Counted from the stretch's first letter, positions 21,111-32,075 are shown. The stretch: 64,000 nt of DNA from Mariniblastus sp. (GCA_011523945.1 WTFU01000093.1:39385-103384); one strand, 5' to 3'. The notes: a model not told the origin generated them from the sequence alone. Numbers and translations are program-made.

Positions 21111-23303
21111 CTACTTTACTTTAAACACTTTGACTTCAGGTGTCGTATCGTAGTTACCTGCGCAATCGAGCGATTTCGCCGTGACTCGATAAGCCCCCGG
21201 TTTCGCATTTAAGTTTACATGCCATCGCTCTTGTGCCACGCGTTTAAAAAATGTGACCTTCTCTTTCGTCCAATTCGCACCATCCCAGTACTGATTCAAT
21301 TCTAAATCCTTCAGCTCCAGTTCAACGCCTCGCATCTCGGCATTGTCACCACAAATCCCAAAGACAATAAATGGGGATTCCACTTCTGCTCCATTTTGAG
21401 GCACCCGCACTTCCGTTGTCGGTTCAATTGCATCCACGAAATACCGCCCTAGCACGGACTGCGATAACTCGCCCTTGGCGTTTTGAGAACGCGCCACGAC
21501 CTTGATACGACCGTTGTTCTCTATCTTTGAAAAATCGACCCATGTTTGCCAGTCGGAAATCAAACCACGCGGATTAGCCAATTCAGCCTTCGTCCAAACC
21601 TGCTTGGAAGACCACTGATCCTTTGCCCAATAACGATCCTGTGCCTCATCCTGTATCGAGACCTCGACTTTCACGATTGAATCATCATCCTCAGCCACTC
21701 CCGTTATGAGAGTATTCTTCGAAATCAGCTCTGGACAATCCAAAGTCACCACCGGCATATCGCCTCCACGCTTTAAAACGCGAAGCCGACTCTCGAACTT
21801 ATTTACCTGATCTTCAGAGAGAGTAGAAATTTGGTTATCCAACTGATAGGGATCACGAGAAAGATCATAGTATTCGCGCTCACCATTGCTCCATTGAGTA
21901 AAGATCCTGTGTGGCATCCTAAGTGAGGCGTAACTTGCCGGGATGAGACTACCCAACTGACTTTTCGCTTCCCAGTTCTGAATGAGTAAATCTTGGCGAA
22001 AAAGCTTATCCGCGTCCTCTGGAGGGTTGGAGAAAAGCGAATTCCAGGACTTCCCATCAAGTTTTACCGTCGCATTACCACCTGCGATCTCCAAAAATGT
22101 AGGAACCAAATCGATTTGAGCTAACAGGTGTCCTGCAACACCAGAAACTACACCAGGCCCCACCACAAACATGGGGACGACTGTGTTGCGATGATAGGGT
22201 ACTTTTTTGGCAATCATCCGATTGTGCCCGAGTTGATAACCGTGGTCACTTGTAAAAAATATGAACGTATTATCAGCGAATTCCGTTTTATTGAGCACTT
22301 CCCGAATCCGGCCCACCATATCGTCAACCGATTTCGTCGCCAGCACTCGTAACCGAAACTCCTCGTGCATCAACTTCACAGTTTCAGAAGTTAGCCCCGC
22401 CACCTGCAGATGAGGCGGCTTGTCAGCAACATCCGCCTCGTTGAAATCAGGTGTATCGGGCACCCGAATTTCTTTTCCTAACTCACGGTAATCCTCCTGA
22501 ATCATTTCCGTCTTGCCCGCCGGCTTATGAGGGGCGAGCGGTGCGAGGTACAGAAAAAACGGCTGATCAATTCCTGATTCACGGTTACGCCTATACTGCT
22601 CCTCAATCATCCAAACGGCTTCGTCAGCTTCAATCACCGTCCGGTAATCAGTTGCGCCCGTTGCCCGCCGTCGTTCAGCTTTCGGAAATCGAGTTGAATA
22701 CCTTGAGGTAGCGTAATAGTTTCCACCAAAACAAATGTGCAAATCGTCCCACCCTGGAACATCAATTGGGTTCATACGGCCGTGAAGATACTTTCCAATC
22801 ATCATCGTGCGATATCCAGCCCGCTGCATCCATACTCCAAGATGCTCCTGCTCATACCCCAATCGCTTAAACTCTTGATAGGCGCCTGTGTAGCCTTTGT
22901 TCATTGGCCCTGAAGCGACGTTGGTCTTGATCCCCGTTCGATGAGCATACTGCCCACGAAGTAAGCAAGTTCGCGACGGTCCACACAATGGCGTGACCAC
23001 ATGGCAATTGGTAAATCGCAACCCATCGCTTGCCAATTGACGAATGTTTGGAAGGTAGTTCGCTAAAATATCATCAGCGAATAAATCCACATCCGCATCA
23101 TCGAGATTAATCAGAATAATGTTGGGCCGCGCTGGAGAATTCCGCTCTCCACCTCTTTCACCCTCTACATCTACTATTTGTTTACGGCGGCTGGATTTAG
23201 ACAAGTCCAGCGAAAGATTTGATTGAGCCTCGCACCATGGCGAAAGCCAGATCACCCAACAAACCGCCCAGCAGAACCGTGGAATTTTGGATGACTCCAA
23301 CAA
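21111..23303 (-). CDS. Exported formylglycine-dependent sulfatase (S1) with two C-terminal Ig-like modules
   Basis: Signal peptide; NIILINLDD, CGPSRTCLLRGQYAH (CxPxR), GKYL, TSDHG; two beta-rich C-terminal repeats. Confidence 0.9.
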   Translation of the reverse strand: MLESSKIPRFCWAVCWVIWLSPWCEAQSNLSLDLSKSSRRKQIVDVEGERGGERNSPARPNIILINLDDADVDLFADDILANYLPNIRQLASDGLRFTNCHVVTPLCGPSRTCLLRGQYAHRTGIKTNVASGPMNKGYTGAYQEFKRLGYEQEHLGVWMQRAGYRTMMIGKYLHGRMNPIDVPGWDDLHICFGGNYYATSRYSTRFPKAERRRATGATDYRTVIEADEAVWMIEEQYRRNRESGIDQPFFLYLAPLAPHKPAGKTEMIQEDYRELGKEIRVPDTPDFNEADVADKPPHLQVAGLTSETVKLMHEEFRLRVLATKSVDDMVGRIREVLNKTEFADNTFIFFTSDHGYQLGHNRMIAKKVPYHRNTVVPMFVVGPGVVSGVAGHLLAQIDLVPTFLEIAGGNATVKLDGKSWNSLFSNPPEDADKLFRQDLLIQNWEAKSQLGSLIPASYASLRMPHRIFTQWSNGEREYYDLSRDPYQLDNQISTLSEDQVNKFESRLRVLKRGGDMPVVTLDCPELISKNTLITGVAEDDDSIVKVEVSIQDEAQDRYWAKDQWSSKQVWTKAELANPRGLISDWQTWVDFSKIENNGRIKVVARSQNAKGELSQSVLGRYFVDAIEPTTEVRVPQNGAEVESPFIVFGICGDNAEMRGVELELKDLELNQYWDGANWTKEKVTFFKRVAQERWHVNLNAKPGAYRVTAKSLDCAGNYDTTPEVKVFKVK

Positions 23304-23394
23304 TGTCTACCTCGCATCGCGTCGACCTGTCATTTCTTCAGCCGAAAACCGCAGAAGAGATCCGCCGTTTCATACCTCAAAACCAACGGGCAAA

Positions 23395-23769
23395 TTAAAA
23401 GGGAATATCGTTTTCATCATACGACTGTGAAAACGCATCGTTCGCCGATGCAACATCTGTTTGCTCACCACCGCCGCCAGACAAGACTTTGAAACTAAGT
23501 GCTTCTGCACTTAGAAAATATTTCACTTCACTGTTGGGGTCACGCTGCCATTTACGGCCGGAAAGCTTGTAACTCACCTCGACATTATCACCAACATTAA
23601 GGCCATCCGCTTTTGAGCAATTTTCTTTGATAAACTCAAGCGGAATTAAATTAGCAAACCGTCCGTCATTTTGTTCAAGCACAACCAGTCTTTTCTGAAA
23701 GCCGTTCGAACCATAGGTCTTGGTTTCTTCGACAACACTGACCACGCCTTGTACTTTTACTTCACTCAT
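23395..23769 (-). CDS. DUF3127 family OB-fold protein with an SSB-like acidic tail
   Basis: KTYGSNGFQKRLVVLE...IPLEFIKE...GDNVEVSYKLSGRKW...YFLSAEA, ending DENDIPF. Start moved to ATG 23769. Confidence 0.85.
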   Translation of the reverse strand: MSEVKVQGVVSVVEETKTYGSNGFQKRLVVLEQNDGRFANLIPLEFIKENCSKADGLNVGDNVEVSYKLSGRKWQRDPNSEVKYFLSAEALSFKVLSGGGGEQTDVASANDAFSQSYDENDIPF

Positions 23770-23974
23770 TTTATCTACTTTTATTCTACGCTTTGAAAGA
23801 CAATAAGGCCGCCTCAACGACGTCTCTTACTCACTATGATAACCGCTTTTCCGAAAACGAAAACCGACGTGAATGCCAAATACTCAAAGCACTTTCCAGG
23901 ATTCCGGCAATAAAGCTGGTGTCAACTTCAAAAAGATACCTCACGTTGCAGCAAGATCCCCCAATCTACAACCG

Positions 23975-26110
23975 CTAGAGCGAAACGATCCTGCCAATAT
24001 CAAGAAAAATAACAAACAGCATTAATCCAAGAATCATAAACAATCCGCCGTAAGTCAAAACTACCTGAACTCGCTCGCTGACGGGTCGCCGGAAGATTCC
24101 TTCGTAAGCCAGAAACAGCATATGGCCTCCATCTAAGATTGGAATAGGCAGGAAGTTAACAACCGCGAGGTTGGCACTCAAGAACGTTAAAAACAACAAA
24201 AGTCGCGAGGTACTGCGCGACGCTTCGGATGTCGCTGCCATTGCAATAGTTCCGGGACCACCAAGGTTTGTTGGTGAAATTTTTCCATTGATCAGCTTGG
24301 CAAGTGTTTTCACTACTCTCAACGCATCCTCACGAACTTGTTTTACTCCGTAACTTAACGCCGCTCCCCAAGTTTCTGATTTATAATTCCGCTGCATCAA
24401 GGTAAGCGAGATGCCTCGCTTACCCTGAAAGAATTCATCCGATGCAACGGATTGAATCGGAATGGTTAACGGGAATTGATCCGCATCATCGCGTTTGACC
24501 TTGAATTTGACTTCAGAACCAACTTCCATCATTTGCATTAAATCCGAAACCTCGGCCCAACTGGTGGTATCGTCCACAAAATTGACAACCGGTCTTTTCT
24601 TTAAGCTTGCATAAGCCTCGTCTGCGGCCTGCTCTTCGCTTAACACGTATTCGGCCGAGAACAACTCGTCACCGACTTTCAATCCGGCGGCAGCGGCGGG
24701 GCCGTCCTCGTCAATCGATTCAACGGTCAGCGTCATTGGAATCGCCACTCCCAGTGAATCAACTGCCAAAGGTTGATTAGGTCCAAGGTCAGGCGTCAAC
24801 TTAGGAACCACCGGCGTGATTACCACGTCTTCTTCTGAACCATTGACTCGGCGGAGACCTAAAGTCACCGAATTCCCGGCATTAATCGCTTGGATCATTC
24901 TCTGATCCAAAGTGATTAAATCGCCACGCGGCTGACCATTGACGCGAATAATCTCATCGCCTACGACGATCCCGGCCTTCTCAGCCGGAGAACCAATTTT
25001 AATTGCCTTAATGGGCAGCCATTGAACACTGAAACCAAACTGTCGCATTGGGTTTCTTGGAATTTTCGTAGTAATCGTCTCCGTTGGTGAATCGCCTCCC
25101 TTCGATTCGCGTTCGATGACAAATGTGGCAACTTGATCCGCATTGCGAGCCAGCGCCTGCCGAAGCTCAATGTCGTCACTAATCGGCGTTCCATTGACCT
25201 CGATTATTCGATCTCCCGCCTTTAGAGGCGGATCGGCCAATGCTGCCGCGTTACCTTTCAGTGCCCCCATTTCACCAATTACGGGAGTCAAACGCCTCGA
25301 AACCCCAATCAATGGCAAGTCCTGCGCCTGGCGGATAAATCCTTTTTGCGGCACGATAGACGCAGTGGTAACGGTGTCCTCTCCGTAGCGCTTAAACTTA
25401 ATTTCAAGTGGATTTTCGGGATCATCACCGTTGAACACCACTTCCTGAGCCATATCCATGTAGGTGAAATAACCCTGCACTGGCTTGCCGCCGATCATTT
25501 CGACTTCTGCACCCGTAAGATCGTACTGCCATGCGGGACCTCCACCGATCACATTTCCGATCACAGCCGGTTCATAATCCACACCTGACTTAAATGCCCA
25601 GGCGGCAAAAAACACCGCGAATACCAAATTAAAAATGACGCCAGCAGAAATGATCAGCATCCGCTGGATAACGGTCTTGGCAAGATAACTTCTCGGATCG
25701 AGCTTTGAACGATCGATCAAGCCTGAGGCCAGAATAGCAGACTCGCCAGATTCGCCCTCCCGAATCGAACCTTTGACCTGTTCCTCTAAATTTCCGGGGT
25801 TATCGTCCTGCCCAAGCATTTTGACATAACCTCCAAGAGGGATCGATCCAATTCCGTATTCGGTCTCCCCCCACTGCCATGACACTAATTTTCCGGGAAT
25901 GATCGTTTGTCCAAATAGCTTAATTGGTACATCAAAACCAACATAGAATTTATCGCATTTCACCCCGCATGCCTTCGCAAGTAGAAAATGTCCAAGCTCG
26001 TGCACAAAAATCACGGCGCCTAAGCCAATAAGCACCTGAAAAATTGCCCACCAATTGGAAGGTTGCAGCCAAAAACTTTTAGCCGCCAGTAACACTACGC
26101 ATTCATCCAC
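23975..26110 (-). CDS. rseP: RseP/site-2 membrane metalloprotease with multiple PDZ domains
   Basis: VHELGH (HExxH), GGYVKMLG, NFLPIPILDGGH, and about three PDZ-like repeats (AALAD...GDRIIEVNG, SPAEKAGIVVGDEIIRVNG, GPAAAAGLKVGDEL). The GTG at 26110 follows AGGAG and overlaps the dxr end. Confidence 0.9.
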   Translation of the reverse strand: MDECVVLLAAKSFWLQPSNWWAIFQVLIGLGAVIFVHELGHFLLAKACGVKCDKFYVGFDVPIKLFGQTIIPGKLVSWQWGETEYGIGSIPLGGYVKMLGQDDNPGNLEEQVKGSIREGESGESAILASGLIDRSKLDPRSYLAKTVIQRMLIISAGVIFNLVFAVFFAAWAFKSGVDYEPAVIGNVIGGGPAWQYDLTGAEVEMIGGKPVQGYFTYMDMAQEVVFNGDDPENPLEIKFKRYGEDTVTTASIVPQKGFIRQAQDLPLIGVSRRLTPVIGEMGALKGNAAALADPPLKAGDRIIEVNGTPISDDIELRQALARNADQVATFVIERESKGGDSPTETITTKIPRNPMRQFGFSVQWLPIKAIKIGSPAEKAGIVVGDEIIRVNGQPRGDLITLDQRMIQAINAGNSVTLGLRRVNGSEEDVVITPVVPKLTPDLGPNQPLAVDSLGVAIPMTLTVESIDEDGPAAAAGLKVGDELFSAEYVLSEEQAADEAYASLKKRPVVNFVDDTTSWAEVSDLMQMMEVGSEVKFKVKRDDADQFPLTIPIQSVASDEFFQGKRGISLTLMQRNYKSETWGAALSYGVKQVREDALRVVKTLAKLINGKISPTNLGGPGTIAMAATSEASRSTSRLLLFLTFLSANLAVVNFLPIPILDGGHMLFLAYEGIFRRPVSERVQVVLTYGGLFMILGLMLFVIFLDIGRIVSL

Positions 26111-27249
26111 TTGGAAATCTCCTGCCTTGCCCATTGATCCGCTGAAATTAGTTGCGGCATTGTCGGGAAAGGTTCAAAATTATGTTGGTCTAAAATACTG
26201 CGACAAATTGTCGAGATATCGGTAAATTTAATTTTATGATTCAAAAACGCTGCGACTGCTTCTTCGTTGACCGCATTTAACACTGCGCCGGTCGAACCTC
26301 CGAATTTCGCCACCTCAAAACCAAGCTCCAACGCGGGAAACTTCGTTGTATCAGGAGGATAAAAATCAAGACTCATCGCTTGTCCCAGATCTAATTTAGG
26401 ACAAGGACCCGCAACACGATCAGGATAAGTAAATGCGTATTGGATCGGCAACATCATATCGGGCGGACTCATCTGGGCGATGGTCGAGCCATCCACAAAT
26501 TCTACCAGCGAATGCACGATAGATTGAGGGTGGATTACGACTTCTATTTGAGATGCCGGGAGTCCGAACAACCACTTGGCCTCAATAACCTCGAGCGATT
26601 TGTTCATCATCGTTGCAGAATCGATGGTAATTTTCTGTCCCATATCCCACGTTGGATGGGCTAAGGCTTGCTCAACAGTGACCGATTCCATGAGATTTGC
26701 ATCCCAATCCCGAAATGGACCGCCACTGGCAGTCAGCACGATTCGATTTACTTCCTCTGGCTTTCCTGCTTTTAAAACCTGAAATACAGCACTGTGCTCA
26801 CTATCGACTGGCAGAATCGTCGCTCCACTTCGACTGGCAGAGTCCGTCATCAAATGACCGGCAACGACCAACGCCTCTTTGTTCGCTAACGCGACCGTCT
26901 TTCCGGATTCAACCGCTGCCCAGGCACTTGGCAGACCAGCCACACCCACGATCGCCGCCAAAACGATATCAACCTCTTCAAGACTTGCAATAAATTCGAG
27001 CTGTGGCTCGCCCACCAAGACTTCCGTTTTTCCTAAATCAGGAAACGTAAAATTCTCAGCCATCCGTTCATCAGCGGCCACAAGATAACGAGGCTGAAAT
27101 TCCAGCGCCTGCTCCACCAACTTCGACAAATTACTGCGTCCGGAAATGGCGAATACGTTCAGCCCGTCAACTTGGCGGACAACCTCGAGCGCGCTTTGCC
27201 CGATGCTGCCAGTCGAACCGAGGATCGTAATATTTTTATTGCGGGTCAT
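26095..27249 (-). CDS. dxr: 1-deoxy-D-xylulose 5-phosphate reductoisomerase
   Basis: ILGSTGSIG, ALANKE, LPVDSEHSA, HPTWDMGQKIT, NKSLEVIEA. Start moved to ATG 27249. Confidence 0.98.
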   Translation of the reverse strand: MTRNKNITILGSTGSIGQSALEVVRQVDGLNVFAISGRSNLSKLVEQALEFQPRYLVAADERMAENFTFPDLGKTEVLVGEPQLEFIASLEEVDIVLAAIVGVAGLPSAWAAVESGKTVALANKEALVVAGHLMTDSASRSGATILPVDSEHSAVFQVLKAGKPEEVNRIVLTASGGPFRDWDANLMESVTVEQALAHPTWDMGQKITIDSATMMNKSLEVIEAKWLFGLPASQIEVVIHPQSIVHSLVEFVDGSTIAQMSPPDMMLPIQYAFTYPDRVAGPCPKLDLGQAMSLDFYPPDTTKFPALELGFEVAKFGGSTGAVLNAVNEEAVAAFLNHKIKFTDISTICRSILDQHNFEPFPTMPQLISADQWARQEISKWMNA

Positions 27250-27822
27250 GGTGGAAAATACCGAGATCGAGTGTCCGCCTAATAACAAAGTTGCAACATT
27301 TCATACCTGGCAATCTTTACCAGTCACAAAATTAGAGCGAACCTGAACTACACCTTACACGTAATTGCCTTTGGTTAATCACAAGCAAATGTCGCAGTTG
27401 CTAAGTTAACCTGTCGTTGATCCACGTCGTTCTATTAGAAGAAACAACAACCTCCCCTCCGTGACTACGTGTTTACGTGTTTACGCAGGGCGAGGCCGGT
27501 CGGGCGGTGGATCAAAAACAAATATACAGAAAAACTCGGAATTTTACTCGCTGTTCTATTTTAAAAGGCTCGCAAAAACACCACAAGGCGAACCACACGA
27601 ACGGTAGAACAGTTAGATGTTTCTCGATATTATACGTCTAAAGAGAACGGTTATGAGGCTGCCCGGGCAATCGATTTTCTTTTCTCCCGTTTGGCGGGTA
27701 ACATACCAGAGGGTTCTTCCAAACTTCGTTTCAGGTTCATTCAGCGGTCAAAATTAAATTTTGACCAGATTTGCCGCGAATAATCGACCGAAGCCCTTAC
27801 ACATGTACTTATCTCAGGCAAT

Positions 27823-29901
27823 TTGATGGACGACAATTCTAAACGAAGCAGTGAGCCCAAAAGTAACTCCACGGTCCTGTTTGCATTGATCGTGGTGGCC
27901 GCACTCGCAGTGTCACTCTTCTTGATTTTAAATCAACAGAAAAAGACACTTGATTTTAGTGATTTCAAACAGCTACTTGAAATTACGACTTACGACGACA
28001 CTCAGGAAAAACTCGTCAGCGGTCTTACGAACAACGGGATACTGACCATCAAAGAGTCAGGTACCAACGGACGCCTGCTGGAATACAAAGAGCCCAACAA
28101 AATGGTGGTCGGTGCAACCACTATCCGTGGATACCTTAAGTTCCGCGTTGTACCGGGAACGAATCCCCAGAATACAGGTGAAGGGAAATTCGAAGTCCGA
28201 GAATTTACCTGTAACAAAGATGATTCCGAATCGACCAACGCTGATCTACAGGCATTGCTTACGAAGAGTAACGCGAATTGGAATTTTGCCAATGGTCCAA
28301 GCGCCTGGGATCGCTACGGCTTCTTCTTTATCACCATGGCGGTAATTATTGGTCTGTTTTACTTTATGCTGCGACGCCTCGGTGGAGCAGGTGGCCCCAT
28401 GCAGTTCGGTCGTAGTCGTGGCCGCTTGATGGCCGAAGACGATCTCGGAGTAATGTTCAGTGACGTCGCCGGAATTGATGAAGCTGTCGAAGAGGTTAAG
28501 GAGGTAGTTGACTTTCTACAGAAGCCAGAAAAATACCAAAAATTGGGAGGGAAAATCCCACGAGGCGTACTGCTGGTAGGCCCTCCCGGAACTGGGAAGA
28601 CACTGCTTGCCAAGGCCATCGCCGGTGAGGCAGGAGTACCATTTTTCAGCCTCTCAGGAAGTGATTTTGTTGAGATGTTTGTCGGCGTTGGTGCCGCACG
28701 CGTCCGGGACATGTTCCAACAAGCGGAAACGAAAGCTCCCTGCATTATTTTCATTGACGAACTCGATGCGTTGGGAAAAACTCGCAGTGGTAATGCGGTC
28801 GGAGGACACGACGAACGCGAGCAGACGCTCAATGCGTTGTTGGTTGAAATGGATGGTTTCAGCTCCAACAGCGGGGTCATTGTAATGGGAGCGACAAACC
28901 GCCCCGAGACCCTCGACCAGGCCTTAATGCGTCCCGGCAGATTCGACCGACATGTGCTCGTTGACCGTCCTGATGTAATGGGACGCGCCGCAATCCTTAA
29001 AGTTCATGTCAAAAATGTCAAACTCGATCCCGATGTCGACATTCAACAAATCGCGGCGATCAGCCCTGGCTTTGGTGGTGCTGAACTTGCCAATCTGGTT
29101 AACGAAGCGGCTCTACTTGCGGCGCGTGGTGGTTGCAGCACCGTTCAAATGCAACACTTCAATGAAGGTGTTGAACGGGTTACCGCAGGGCTGGAGAAAA
29201 AACAGCGAATCATGAATGCCGACGAAAAACAGCGGGTCGCTTATCACGAGGCTGGACACGCACTCGTGGCGTACAGCCTCCCCAATACCGATCCTGTACA
29301 TAAAGTTTCCATCATTCCACGTGGACTCGCCGCGCTTGGATACACAATGCAGCGTCCCACCGACGATCGATTTCTCATGACGCAAAGTGAACTGGAGAGC
29401 AACCTCCAGGTCCTCGTTGCCGGTACCCTTGCCGAAGAATTGATTTATCAGGACATCTCCACAGGTGCATCCAACGATCTCGAGCGAGCCACGGACATCG
29501 CCCGTTCGATGGTTATGCAATACGGCATGAGCTCGATGGGACGCATTAATTTTAAAGAAGATAGGAGCAGTCCATTCTTGGCCGGCGCAAGCGGTGGCAG
29601 TGGAATGCGTCAGTACAGTGAAGATACTGCTAAAAAAATCGATTCCGAAGTAAAACGAATTATTGAACAAGCCATTGAAGCGGTGCGAGAGACATTACTT
29701 GTTAGAAAGCAAGCACTCGTTGCACTGACAGAACGGCTGATTGAAGTTGAATCAGTCGACTCAACAGAGCTTCAAGAAATCATCGACGAAAATTCGCCCG
29801 GACCTTTATTGGTACCGGGAACTGATGTCGCTACCCGTAGCGATTTCCCCAAATCAGCCGCGGAAGAGGATGACCTCGACGAACGAAATGCTGCTCAGTA
29901 A
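27823..29901 (+). CDS. ftsH: ATP-dependent zinc metalloprotease FtsH
   Basis: Two TM helices, Walker A GPPGTGKT, Walker [32 protein letters not shown], and HEAGH. Confidence 0.98.
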   Translation: MMDDNSKRSSEPKSNSTVLFALIVVAALAVSLFLILNQQKKTLDFSDFKQLLEITTYDDTQEKLVSGLTNNGILTIKESGTNGRLLEYKEPNKMVVGATTIRGYLKFRVVPGTNPQNTGEGKFEVREFTCNKDDSESTNADLQALLTKSNANWNFANGPSAWDRYGFFFITMAVIIGLFYFMLRRLGGAGGPMQFGRSRGRLMAEDDLGVMFSDVAGIDEAVEEVKEVVDFLQKPEKYQKLGGKIPRGVLLVGPPGTGKTLLAKAIAGEAGVPFFSLSGSDFVEMFVGVGAARVRDMFQQAETKAPCIIFIDELDALGKTRSGNAVGGHDEREQTLNALLVEMDGFSSNSGVIVMGATNRPETLDQALMRPGRFDRHVLVDRPDVMGRAAILKVHVKNVKLDPDVDIQQIAAISPGFGGAELANLVNEAALLAARGGCSTVQMQHFNEGVERVTAGLEKKQRIMNADEKQRVAYHEAGHALVAYSLPNTDPVHKVSIIPRGLAALGYTMQRPTDDRFLMTQSELESNLQVLVAGTLAEELIYQDISTGASNDLERATDIARSMVMQYGMSSMGRINFKEDRSSPFLAGASGGSGMRQYSEDTAKKIDSEVKRIIEQAIEAVRETLLVRKQALVALTERLIEVESVDSTELQEIIDENSPGPLLVPGTDVATRSDFPKSAAEEDDLDERNAAQ

Positions 29902-29936
29902 CGCGAGATCAGCAACCTTTTCGCCTTCCCAAAAGG

Positions 29937-30899
29937 CTAAGCATGTCCGGCATTGCGATCTCGCATCGCCTCCCACTGCCCGCGGGCCAGCCCACTTCGA
30001 ATCATATGGCTAACCCAAACGTTTGATCTCATAAAAAATCGCTTGAGCATATACTTCCCAAACTCCGTTCGAGACTCGGTTTTCATTTTTTCGATTTCTT
30101 GATACCAGCCATTGTCATTCGCCACTAACGCGCGGCCTTGCCCCACGAAATAGTCATAAACATACTTCTGGCTCGAGCGTGAGGCTGGTATCTGGTGCCA
30201 AATCTTTGCGCCAGGTATCCACGTACCGGCATGACCATCTTCCAAAAGCCGACGAAATAAATCGAACTCATCCTCCCCCATTACGGAATCTCCGCGCCGG
30301 CCAAGCGATGAATCGAATGGATATTGCTTTTGGATTTCAGTCAAGATCCCAAAATTAGCACCATAAGGCAGCCGATTTGAATGAAAACCAAGTGGCTCTT
30401 CACCCAAGTTTCGTTCGGCAAAACAACCTTTCAACTCATTCCAGTTCTCCGAGATCCAACTCGGCATTCCTGCAGGGAATTCCGGCTCAATGACACTTCC
30501 CCAGAATGAAGACTTAGGATCGGTTGTCACAAACTCAAGATACCGCTCAAGCCAATCCTCAGAAGCAATAATATCATCATCCGTCCAAAGCATGAGATCG
30601 CCGGTTGCCGATTCAATCGCGCGGTTTCGACAAACCGTATGCCCCTGCTGAGACTCCTTCAAAACCTCAATTGAAATCCTCTCGCCGACAGATGAAGCAA
30701 ACTGTTCTAGGAATTCAGAGGTACCGTCACTTGAATTATTATCGACAACAATCACATTCGTAATCACGCCCTTGGGAATCCGCATCTTACAAAGACTGGT
30801 CAGTGCCTTGGACAACATCTCGCAACGATTCCAGGTACAGATTGCAATGTCAACATGGCGAACGATGCGATGGGGCATGCTAAATACTCGACTTCCCAA
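29937..30899 (-). CDS. Glycosyltransferase family 2 (GT-A)
   Basis: IAICTWNR, VVDNNSSDGT, CRNRAI, WTDDD, GANF, GEDE. Confidence 0.92.
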   Translation of the reverse strand: MGSRVFSMPHRIVRHVDIAICTWNRCEMLSKALTSLCKMRIPKGVITNVIVVDNNSSDGTSEFLEQFASSVGERISIEVLKESQQGHTVCRNRAIESATGDLMLWTDDDIIASEDWLERYLEFVTTDPKSSFWGSVIEPEFPAGMPSWISENWNELKGCFAERNLGEEPLGFHSNRLPYGANFGILTEIQKQYPFDSSLGRRGDSVMGEDEFDLFRRLLEDGHAGTWIPGAKIWHQIPASRSSQKYVYDYFVGQGRALVANDNGWYQEIEKMKTESRTEFGKYMLKRFFMRSNVWVSHMIRSGLARGQWEAMRDRNAGHA

Positions 30900-30959
30900 T
30901 CAACCCTGAAATACTTCAACCACAAATTGACACGGAGCAATCAACCCACTGCAGACGAC

Positions 30960-32075
30960 TCAAGACGAGCGAATGAGCTGGAGCGCTTCGGAAAAATCCC
31001 GCACGGGATCATCCGAATAACGCTCTCGAATATGCTTGCCGGCCAAGACACCCATCTCCCGCCATTGGTGCCGTTTTTGCCACGCTCGTTCAAGTGCTTC
31101 GTCCAGTAGCTCAACCGAAGTCCCCATTGCTACAAAACCTGACTCATTGTCATCCATTAGCTCTCGGTTGCGGCCAATGTCCGTTGTGATGGCGATGCGG
31201 TTACACAACATCGCCTCGATGACGACCAATGGTGCACCTTCGTAACGGGACGGCAGGAGCAAAGCGTGATTGTTTTCCCAAATCTCTTCGACGCTATCAG
31301 AAAATCCGTGAAACACTAACTGATCTTCCAATCCATGTAGTTTAATTAATTCGAGTAATTGAAGCTTGTTACCCTGGTCATGGCCATAAAAAACAATCTT
31401 CAAAGATCGCTTCCGCCATTTCGGCTGTCGCATCACATCGACAATGATATCCTGACCTTTGGATTGAAAATGCACTCGCCCCACCAAAGCAACCTGGAAT
31501 CCAGACTCAGTCTCAGGCCACGCCGGATTAGCGTCATGACTTACATTAAATGGATTCGAAATAATCTCGGCATTATCCAGTTTCAATGCGATATTATTTT
31601 CGAGTTTGAGCTGATTCTCCTCGGACACGAAATAAACTTTTTTCGCATTCCGATACCATCGCCGGTATTCCTCCAACCGATCGCCATGAATGAAAAACGA
31701 ATTGCTCGCACATTGAATATTAATTCCGTATGGAATACCTCGCCGGTAACATTCATCCGCAATGGGAATTGCATCGGGGTGATAACCCAGCGTAATTAAA
31801 ACGGCATCGGGCTTTTCTACATCAAGCCAGCATTTCTTTTGGGGGTCTGAAGAAAGAATACGATTCAACAAGGGGCGGGGCGGAGGATCACGCAACCAAA
31901 GTGATGCGCCATGGTCTTCTAGATGTTGCAATGTTGGCGCCTTATAAGGCCACCACTTAAAGTTGACAGCAACCTCATGACCTGAACGCTGAAGTAATCG
32001 CGCCGTTCTTTGCCATAGAACTTCGCTCCCTCCCCAAGGCATTCCACTCATACATGAATAAAAACCGAACTTCAC
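30960..32075 (-). CDS. Glycosyltransferase family 4 (GT-B)
   Basis: WGGSEVLW, VGRVHFQSKGQD, LLLPSRYEGAPLVVIEAM. Likely GTG start at 32075 after GGAG; the track start of 32204 overlaps the upstream stop. Confidence 0.9.
   Translation of the reverse strand: MKFGFYSCMSGMPWGGSEVLWQRTARLLQRSGHEVAVNFKWWPYKAPTLQHLEDHGASLWLRDPPPRPLLNRILSSDPQKKCWLDVEKPDAVLITLGYHPDAIPIADECYRRGIPYGINIQCASNSFFIHGDRLEEYRRWYRNAKKVYFVSEENQLKLENNIALKLDNAEIISNPFNVSHDANPAWPETESGFQVALVGRVHFQSKGQDIIVDVMRQPKWRKRSLKIVFYGHDQGNKLQLLELIKLHGLEDQLVFHGFSDSVEEIWENNHALLLPSRYEGAPLVVIEAMLCNRIAITTDIGRNRELMDDNESGFVAMGTSVELLDEALERAWQKRHQWREMGVLAGKHIRERYSDDPVRDFSEALQLIRSS

Noticed and set aside
28359-29670. 173-aa and 185-aa minus-strand ORFs
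   Set aside because: They are antisense shadows of the conserved ftsH AAA and protease domains.
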